A stretch of 13,907 nt of DNA, taken from positions 1-13,907 of IMG/VR virus record IMGVR_UViG_3300035698_021910; one strand, given 5' to 3'. This document shows, one piece after another, positions 7,005-13,024 of this stretch. The first letter of the stretch is position 1. Each line of letters opens with the position of its first letter. The position numbers and the translations under genes were made by a program. This stretch comes from a virus. The notes under the pieces were generated by a model. The model saw nothing but the letters and a program-made list of their open reading frames with translations. It was not told the DNA's origin and searched no databases.

Positions 7005-8159
7005 TTAAGTAATTCCATACATTCTAGTACCTCCACCATTTGATACTCTCATTGTGTATTCACCCAAAATTTGAATAGCAAGTTGCTTTCCGTTAGTTTT
7101 GTCATAAACGGGATAAGTAGCAAAAGCACCACCTTGCCCTTTGACACCACCGTCCAAAGGTCCATAACCAACTCTATTATAATCTAAGATTAAAGCCTCA
7201 TCTGATCGCATGTGTTTATCAACATGCAATTCGATTTCATAACCCAAAACAACTATAGTATTTATTTCAGTACCACCTTTTTTATCACTAACTTTAGTTC
7301 TAACAGCACCTTGATATAATTGCTCTATATCTCCAATAGATTCTGGAGAACCATGAATAGCAGACGGATATAATCCGCCGTCAATATGAGCGGTAACAGC
7401 AGTATAGATTTTGGCAACAGATAAAGCACCACCAACATTTGAAGTAATCGTGATAAATTCACGAAGTCCGCCCATTGTACCAATAAAATTAGTAGTGTCC
7501 AAATCAACAACACCTTCGAGCATAGTATAATTCAAACTTTTTAATAATTCCTTTAACTTTTTAACTACTTGATAATCCAATTCATCACCATTTGCCATTT
7601 TAGATCTTCGAAGTGTACCAGAAATTTGTGCAACATCTTCAAAAATTTGAGTATAATTTAAGCCAGCAGTTTGAGCGGTAAAATTAGCGGCGATAGGGTC
7701 GCCATTTTCGATTTGAGCATTACCAATGATTTTACAAACATGAGAACTATCGTGAGCCAAAACAGCAGCAGTTGAAGAACCGTGTCCACGGGCATAAACA
7801 TCTATAGATAAAGCGGCCAAAGCTGAAACAATCATAATCTCATCTGCATCAGTCAATAAAACATCGCCAATCCGCAATTTTAATCGGTCAGGTGCAGTAA
7901 TTGGTAAAGCAGTTTTATCAGAGGTAGTGTCCCAATCGGCAGCGTCCCCGCTGGCGGTAACTGTTATATATTCAGACCTTGCGGCATCGTCAAGCCATTC
8001 GTGCTTTTGAGCAGTAACCTTTTTATTAAAAGCCTTTTCAATAGAGGGTAAAAAATTAATAAATGATAAATATTTCATATCATCATCTTTTAGTGCCAAA
8101 ATGTCAATGACACTACTTAAATCTTCTCGCTCTCGTCTATTAGTTGTAATTAAATCCAT
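7005..8159 (-). CDS. Major capsid protein (HK97-fold type), 384 aa
   Basis: The track ORF 7005..8378 is trimmed to Met74 (ATG at 8159, MDLITTNRRE...). The upstream 73 codons overlap the scaffold ORF and are K-rich filler. The gene follows portal and scaffold. Motifs HEWLDD and NYTQIFED, plus the Gly/Ala-rich core, resemble capsid families I remember. Confidence 0.8.
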   Translation of the reverse strand: MDLITTNRREREDLSSVIDILALKDDDMKYLSFINFLPSIEKAFNKKVTAQKHEWLDDAARSEYITVTASGDAADWDTTSDKTALPITAPDRLKLRIGDVLLTDADEIMIVSALAALSIDVYARGHGSSTAAVLAHDSSHVCKIIGNAQIENGDPIAANFTAQTAGLNYTQIFEDVAQISGTLRRSKMANGDELDYQVVKKLKELLKSLNYTMLEGVVDLDTTNFIGTMGGLREFITITSNVGGALSVAKIYTAVTAHIDGGLYPSAIHGSPESIGDIEQLYQGAVRTKVSDKKGGTEINTIVVLGYEIELHVDKHMRSDEALILDYNRVGYGPLDGGVKGQGGAFATYPVYDKTNGKQLAIQILGEYTMRVSNGGGTRMYGIT

Positions 8160-8166
8160 ATTATTA

Positions 8167-8760
8167 TTATACAGGTAAATTTTCTTTCTGCCGATTAAGT
8201 TTGAGTATATCGACAGCTGAACTTTCACCGTTTTTAGTTTTATCTTCTTTAACTTTATCGATTGCCTCGTCAAAATCTGCCTCGGTTGAAAAACTAGGTG
8301 GTGCAAAATGTTGACTATCGCCATACATTTTTTTATTGACTTCTCGTTGTTTATCAACAATTTTTTCAATCTCATCATTACTTTTTCCGATTAAAAATTC
8401 GGGAAGTATATCAGGATAAGTTTTTTGCAAAACTTCCGATTGATGAGCTGTATTCATCACCTCAATATTTTTAGTTAAGTCTTCAACAGTCTTGCTTAAA
8501 TTTTCGATTTTTTTTTCAGAGTCCGACTTTTTGTCGTCATTTGTTTTTTTAATTTTTTCAAAATCCTCTTCAATTTTTTTTAAATCTAAATCTTTTTGAC
8601 TAAGCGTTTTTTGAAGTTTTTTAAAGTCTTCATCTTTTTTGAACTTACCGCTTGATTTTTCAAAAAGTTTACTAAAATCTTCAGGACTTATTGAATCAGG
8701 CAGAGTTTTTTCGTCAAGGTTTAAAAAGGTTCTAAACATTAACAGTAATTTTTTATCCAT
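8167..8760 (-). CDS. Scaffolding protein (197 aa)
   Basis: ORF track. Extremely K/E/D-rich and helical or coiled-coil-like. It lies between portal and capsid, and its stop is 7 nt before the capsid ATG. Confidence 0.6.
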   Translation of the reverse strand: MDKKLLLMFRTFLNLDEKTLPDSISPEDFSKLFEKSSGKFKKDEDFKKLQKTLSQKDLDLKKIEEDFEKIKKTNDDKKSDSEKKIENLSKTVEDLTKNIEVMNTAHQSEVLQKTYPDILPEFLIGKSNDEIEKIVDKQREVNKKMYGDSQHFAPPSFSTEADFDEAIDKVKEDKTKNGESSAVDILKLNRQKENLPV

Positions 8761-8786
8761 TTTTTTTGATTATTATTATTATTTAA

Positions 8787-10178
8787 TTAATTATTATTTT
8801 GCGGTTCTACTTTTGGCGGAATTTTTACGGGTATATTTTCTTCAAACAATTTTTTTTCCTCAAGAATTAAAGCAAGTTTTTCTTCGGCATTTTCAACGCC
8901 TCTTAATTCGTCAATAGCATCTCTGTGCGAGATTAAGTCATTTTCGGTCATTTTAACATATTGATCAACACGCTCATCATTATCTTGAACCAAAAAAGGT
9001 TGATAGATTGGGTCAGTATTGTAAACACTTTCTTTATATTTATAACTGAGGATAGCATGATTTAATTCTCTAAAAGCCTTATCCCACTTTAACCTTAAAA
9101 ATCCGATTAAATCCATCATATCAGAATATTGATAAGTTAAAGATTTACCACTAACATTTGATTTTATACTTCCTGCACTGTGAACAATACCAGTTTTATT
9201 AATTATTCTTTTTTCAATAACATCAAGCCAACCGACAATTTCCCGACCCTCTTTTAATTCAAGATATTTCATATCATCATCAACGCCAAGTCTAGTCTGT
9301 TTTTTTCGTCCTCTTTTAATACTTTTACTTTCCGCCATAGCAGATTTTATCAACAAATGCGGGTCAGTATTTTCCTCAATTCGTTTATCATAATTTGATG
9401 AATTTCTATTATAAGCACGATCTAATTCAGAAAGTAATTTAGTTTTTGGGATACCCTCATGACTATGAGGTTTTGGACTATTAGGTATCCAAGAGAACGG
9501 AATAAAATTATATTTATTAGTTTCAGTATGAATTTTTTCAGCATTTTCATCTATAATAATTATTTGGTGTAAATCATAATAAGTAATTCTATATTTAGAT
9601 TTTCCTATATATTCTTTATAAGCAAATTGTACCAGTTGCCCTTTATCCCAACCAAGATAGCATTTTGTGGGGTCTAATGAAAAAATATTTGCCCTTTTTG
9701 TGATTGGGTCAACGGGATAATATAAACAGCCAGCACCACCAACAAAAAAATTCAAAGATTGTTCATTTAGAATATCAGGAATATGATTTGTTTGATAAAT
9801 TTCTAAAATTTCATCTTCAAATTTTCTATTTAAAGCCTTGTTAGTTTCTTTAACTTTTACGCCGATTTCAAGTACACCAGTATGAGGATTTCTAGGAAAA
9901 AGACGGGCAATATATCTCGACACATATTCTTCGGTAAAATTAAAAGTCAAACATTTTTCATTTTCAGAATCTTTTATATTTAATTCACTGGAAGTCCATT
10001 GTTTACTTTCTAAAACAAAATCCATTAGAGCAGAAAATTCCGCGGACCTTTTTCTAGTTTGGTCACTAGCAAATTTAAGAAAATTATTAACAAATTCCCT
10101 TGAATTGCCAGAAAAATCAAGACTATTAGTTTTGTTTAATTCATTGCTTTTATTAAAAAGATAATTCAAAATTGACAT
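8787..10178 (-). CDS. Portal protein (463 aa)
   Basis: ORF track. Size and position are canonical (immediately after terL and before scaffold and capsid). No diagnostic motif recognised by eye. Confidence 0.7.
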   Translation of the reverse strand: MSILNYLFNKSNELNKTNSLDFSGNSREFVNNFLKFASDQTRKRSAEFSALMDFVLESKQWTSSELNIKDSENEKCLTFNFTEEYVSRYIARLFPRNPHTGVLEIGVKVKETNKALNRKFEDEILEIYQTNHIPDILNEQSLNFFVGGAGCLYYPVDPITKRANIFSLDPTKCYLGWDKGQLVQFAYKEYIGKSKYRITYYDLHQIIIIDENAEKIHTETNKYNFIPFSWIPNSPKPHSHEGIPKTKLLSELDRAYNRNSSNYDKRIEENTDPHLLIKSAMAESKSIKRGRKKQTRLGVDDDMKYLELKEGREIVGWLDVIEKRIINKTGIVHSAGSIKSNVSGKSLTYQYSDMMDLIGFLRLKWDKAFRELNHAILSYKYKESVYNTDPIYQPFLVQDNDERVDQYVKMTENDLISHRDAIDELRGVENAEEKLALILEEKKLFEENIPVKIPPKVEPQNNN

Positions 10179-10224
10179 AATAGAGAAATAAAAAAATTAT
10201 ATTTAAATTATAGCAAAATTTAAT

Positions 10225-11589
10225 TTAACCGTCAACAGTTCCATAAGTATTAGTTATAACAGGAATTTTAGAGCAAGCAACAGCTAAAGCCATTAAATTA
10301 TCAGTCTCAAGATTTCCGTCGGCTCGTTGGTAAGTGGTCATTTCGTCGGCAAGTTCGGGAATATAAGGAGATTGAATTAATCCACCGTCAATAACAGCCT
10401 GAAGATGATCAAGCAAAAAATCTTTATTTCCACCACGGAAATCGACGGGGTGGACTACATCCATACACATTTCCCACAAAGTATCACCGACACCAGTACT
10501 ATCCATAAAAGATTGAGAACCACTTTCAAGTTGGGCGGTCCTAATTTCTTTTTCCATAGACGACGGAGCTTTGATTTCATTTTCTTTATTAAAATTTTCA
10601 CGTCCTTTTTCAGTCCAAGGTAATTGAAAAGCCCAACGCTTAACTATTTTATAAGGTTTTTTTCCTTTTAGAATACGGAAGCCAACAGTTTGGTCAGATA
10701 AACTTCCACGACGACCACGTGCTAAATCCCAACCCTCAATATAATCATAACCATTTTCAACAATATCAGTTAAATCAAGTTTATTATTGAAAAGTTTATC
10801 AACTCTTGAGGCAAACATCATTTCAGCAGTATCAATAAATTTTCCTTTGACAATTTGGTCTATTTTATTTTTACTCCAAGTTGAACAAAGATAATCAAAA
10901 AGTTTATGATCAATATGTGGATTTTCATAGGAAGTACCGCCACGAATAAATCCGCCTTTCCTTTCAATATCATTTTTAATTCGATAATAAGAATTAAAAC
11001 CTTTTGGCGTGGCATAAAAATCAAGTTGGCTATCTTTCCATTTTCTAGTCCTAGGAAGCAAAATTTTTTCGCGAATAAATTCAAGGTGTCTTTCGAGAGC
11101 AATTTCGTCAGCGGAAATATAACCGTATTCTTTACCCTCAATACTTTCACCTTTTCTTTTAGTGGTTTTAAATTCGGTACAAGCACCATTTTTGAAACGG
11201 ATTTGAGGGTAAGGATGATGAACAACATCTTTTTTAATATCACAAAACCAAGTACCAAGTAAGGGACTATGAGAAATTAAAGCAATCATTCGTTCGAGTA
11301 CAAGCTCTGATAATTCTTGAGTAATAGCAACATTTAAAGTTTTATATTTTTCACAATCAAGATAATGATACAATAAAAATCTCAAATGCTTTTTAGCAAT
11401 AACATCAGTTTTGCCCCAACCATTGCCCGGATGCAATAAATTTTCTTTTTTAGTAGAATTTTTAAGCCAATCTAATTGTCCCGGATGACTTTTATAATCA
11501 AGAACCAAATCATCAAAAGCAGACCAATCATTGTCAGTTTCAATAAGTTTCAAAGAGAAAGCTATAATATTTAATATTTTTTTATTCAT
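10225..11589 (-). CDS. terL: Terminase large subunit
   Basis: ORF track (454 aa). Walker A-like HPGNGWGKTD, Walker B-like GYISADEIA, YATPKG coupling-type motif, and C-terminal nuclease-type acidic motifs GWDLARG, MDSTGVGD and ETDNLMA. Confidence 0.9.
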   Translation of the reverse strand: MNKKILNIIAFSLKLIETDNDWSAFDDLVLDYKSHPGQLDWLKNSTKKENLLHPGNGWGKTDVIAKKHLRFLLYHYLDCEKYKTLNVAITQELSELVLERMIALISHSPLLGTWFCDIKKDVVHHPYPQIRFKNGACTEFKTTKRKGESIEGKEYGYISADEIALERHLEFIREKILLPRTRKWKDSQLDFYATPKGFNSYYRIKNDIERKGGFIRGGTSYENPHIDHKLFDYLCSTWSKNKIDQIVKGKFIDTAEMMFASRVDKLFNNKLDLTDIVENGYDYIEGWDLARGRRGSLSDQTVGFRILKGKKPYKIVKRWAFQLPWTEKGRENFNKENEIKAPSSMEKEIRTAQLESGSQSFMDSTGVGDTLWEMCMDVVHPVDFRGGNKDFLLDHLQAVIDGGLIQSPYIPELADEMTTYQRADGNLETDNLMALAVACSKIPVITNTYGTVDG

Positions 11590-11626
11590 TTTTTTAAAAG
11601 TAAAAAAATTATTTCTTCGATAGATT

Positions 11627-11710
11627 TTTGAGTTTTTTTTAAAGATGAAAAGTGAAAAAAGCGTTTGAGTTTTTTTTTAAAAATGAAAAGTAAAAAAGCG
11701 TTTGAGTTTT
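11627..11710. repeat. 2.3 tandem copies of a 37-bp repeat just upstream of the terL start
   Basis: Copies are TTTGAGTTTTTTTTAAAGATGAAAAGTGAAAAAAGCG (11627-11663), TTTGAGTTTTTTTTTAAAAATGAAAAGTAAAAAAGCG (11664-11700) and a partial TTTGAGTTTT (11701-11710). Confidence 0.85.
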
Positions 11711-11780
11711 CTCCGAAATCTTAATATATATAACACCCCCACTCTTTTGTTTTTGCTTTTTAAACATTAAACATTCAATA

Positions 11781-11960
11781 TTTAAACATTTAAACATTCA
11801 AGTTTCAACATTTAAACATTTAAACATTCAAGTTTCAACATTTAAACATTTAAACATTCAAGTTTCAACATTTAAACATTAAAACATTCAAGTTTCAACA
11901 TTTAAACATTAAAACATTCAAGTTTCAACATTTAAACATTAAAACATTCAAGTTTCAACA
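11781..11960. repeat. Six head-to-tail copies of a 30-bp unit (iteron-like array)
   Basis: The unit is TTTAAACATT(T/A)AAACATTCAAGTTTCAACA. Copies 1-3 carry T at unit position 11 and copies 4-6 carry A; otherwise they are identical. A degenerate partial copy lies at about 11759-11780. Each unit holds three AACATT hexamers spaced 8 and 14 nt apart. There are no spacers, so it is not a CRISPR array. Confidence 0.95.
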
Positions 11961-12160
11961 TTAAAGATTAAATAAGATGAAGATATAACAAACAAAGTTA
12001 AATAACATCATTAAATACAATATTGATATTGTACTTAATACTATTAAATAAGATAATAATACAACAAGATTAACAAAATTTAATAAACAAGACATAAATA
12101 ATACTAATTAATATACTATATATAGCCATACAAACAAGTAATATGTAACAATATATAGTA
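11961..12160. other. Extremely AT-rich, A-biased tract; candidate DNA-unwinding or bent region
   Basis: A manual count gives about 14 G and 19 C in 200 nt (about 16-17% GC). A greatly exceeds T on the plus strand, opposite to the coding regions, where the plus strand is T-rich. It directly abuts the 30-bp array. Confidence 0.5.
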
Positions 12161-12332
12161 ATACCACACCGCCCGACATTCAATTCACCTAATAGTCAAG
12201 ACTAAACCGCCCAACATTCAATCTTCCTAAGCACTAATATAGCTTAATATTGCCACAAAAGCTATGAATATATAACAATATAAAGCGATACCACTCCGCC
12301 AAATTACTGATTGACCTAATAACTAAGATTAA
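12138..12332. repeat. Degenerate ~67-bp direct repeat (12138-12205 and 12266-12332) with an extra half-copy (12204-12237), each carrying a CCGCC(C) core
   Basis: ATACCACACCGCCCGACATTCAATTCACCTAATAGTCAAGACTAA aligned with ATACCACTCCGCCAAATTACTGATTGACCTAATAACTAAGATTAA gives 31/45 identical without gaps, by hand. AACCGCCCAACATTCAATCTTCCTAAGCACTAA is a third related site. Confidence 0.6.
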
Positions 12333-12371
12333 TCCGAATAGAACTTCAAATGGATTAACTCCAAAAAGGAT

Positions 12372-12448
12372 GTCTAATTTGATACTCTTTTTACAACTCC
12401 CTCTTCACTTGAAAGTGAACCCGTTGTAAAAAGAGTATCAAATTAGAC
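12372..12448. repeat. Perfect 26-bp inverted repeat (77-nt hairpin or cruciform) with a nested mini-hairpin in the loop
   Basis: GTCTAATTTGATACTCTTTTTACAAC (12372-12397) is the exact reverse complement of GTTGTAAAAAGAGTATCAAATTAGAC (12423-12448). The 25-nt loop contains TTCACT-tgaa-AGTGAA (12404-12419). Confidence 0.95.
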
Positions 12449-12501
12449 TTTATCACTGCGGGATTAGCTCTAATGCTTCCTATTCTGCAATGGTTAGGCA
12501 T

Positions 12502-12527
12502 CATCGCATAATGTATATTAAGCGAAG
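12502..12527. promoter_or_regulatory. Imperfect 26-bp palindrome, copy 1 (CATCGCATAAT-gtat-ATTAAGCGAAG)
   Basis: It is self-complementary and also complementary to copy 2: 12505-12528 against 12621-12644 gives 24 bp with one G.T position. It is followed by TAGCC, as copy 2 is followed by AAGCC. Confidence 0.6.
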
Positions 12528-12621
12528 TAGCCTCAAACTTTAACTTTATTTAAAACTATATCGCGGGGCATTTAACTATAAGATATTACATATCATTTAC
12601 TAAAAAATAAAGCAGTACTAA

Positions 12622-12647
12622 CTTCGCTTAATATGCATTATGCGAAG
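12622..12647. promoter_or_regulatory. Imperfect 26-bp palindrome, copy 2 (CTTCGCTTAAT-atgc-ATTATGCGAAG)
   Basis: Same architecture as copy 1, with centres 120 bp apart. Direct alignment of the 28-nt cores gives 22/28 identity by hand. Confidence 0.6.
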
Positions 12648-12816
12648 AAGCCCACTTTTAACTGCCTGCGTGTACTCTGTTCTTTTACTGTTTATCTAGT
12701 TGGCTTCTGCTAGCTCGTTTTCTTTTGCAAATTTCCTGCTTAGCCAATTCCATATGTGAGAAATTTAAACTTAAATTTAACAAGAAAACTTTTTTTATTC
12801 CTGCCTCGTGTCATTT

Positions 12817-12888
12817 GTAGCTACCGCCCCCCGGTCTTTCCGCCCTGCGGGCGATATTACTTGCTCGTCCCTACTTCCTGCCGGGGCG
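12817..12888. ncRNA. GC-rich nested stem-loop element; candidate structured RNA of unknown class and undetermined strand
   Basis: Palindrome GTAGCTAC (12817-12824). Outer helix CGCCCC (12825-12830) with GGGGCG (12883-12888), or the alternative register CCCCGG with CCGGGG. Inner hairpin CGCCC-tgc-GGGCG (12841-12853). An alternative GGGCGA/TCGTCCC pairing is also possible. Local GC is about double the genome average. Confidence 0.35.
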
Positions 12889-13024
12889 AACTCATCATTC
12901 ATTCCAGCTAGTATTTATTGCAATTTTTTATTTTCAATTAGTCCAAGTCTTTTAATTAAAGGTTATTTACACAACTGCTAAAACTTTTGTGCTTTTAAAA
13001 ACTATCCCTTTTGTTGCACACAAA

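Noticed and set aside
8160-8378. N-terminal 73-codon extension of the capsid ORF in the track (start at 8378).
   Set aside because: It overlaps the 3' third of the scaffold gene in another frame and is K/I/L-rich filler. The Met at 8159 sits 7 nt after the scaffold stop and begins capsid-like sequence.
11612-11623. 12-nt identity TTTCTTCGATAG shared by the terL upstream region and the 5' end of the terS-like gene (13543-13554).
   Set aside because: By a rough estimate, dozens of 12-mer coincidences are expected in an AT-rich 13.8-kb sequence. There is no supporting context.
11781-11960. The 30-bp repeat array as a CRISPR array.
   Set aside because: The units are contiguous with no spacers, and no cas genes are present. 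It is a plain tandem repeat.
12458-12530. tRNA-like start GCGGGATTAGCTC.
   Set aside because: No D-arm closure, no anticodon stem and no GTTCRANYC T-loop follow. A cloverleaf cannot be drawn on either strand.
12829-12841. Minus-strand GGAAAGACCGGGG resembling the RNase P RNA motif GGAAAGUCCGGGC, plus a nearby GAAUGAAUGA resembling AGAUGAAUGA.
   Set aside because: The two motifs are in the wrong order and far too close together for RNase P RNA, and the other conserved regions are missing. This is most likely coincidence within a GC-rich hairpin.
12891-12897. Minus-strand UGAUGAG resembling the hammerhead ribozyme core CUGAUGAG.
   Set aside because: The preceding base is A rather than C. No correctly placed stem II closing into a GAAA segment, and no stem III/I arrangement, could be drawn.
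12795-12902. 35-aa minus-strand ORF (MNDEFAPAGSRDEQVISPAGRKDRGAVATNDTRQE) spanning the GC-rich island.
   Set aside because: Its codon usage (GCC, CCG, GGG, CGG) is alien to the rest of the genome. The ORF coincides exactly with the nested helices, so RNA or DNA structure explains the sequence better.
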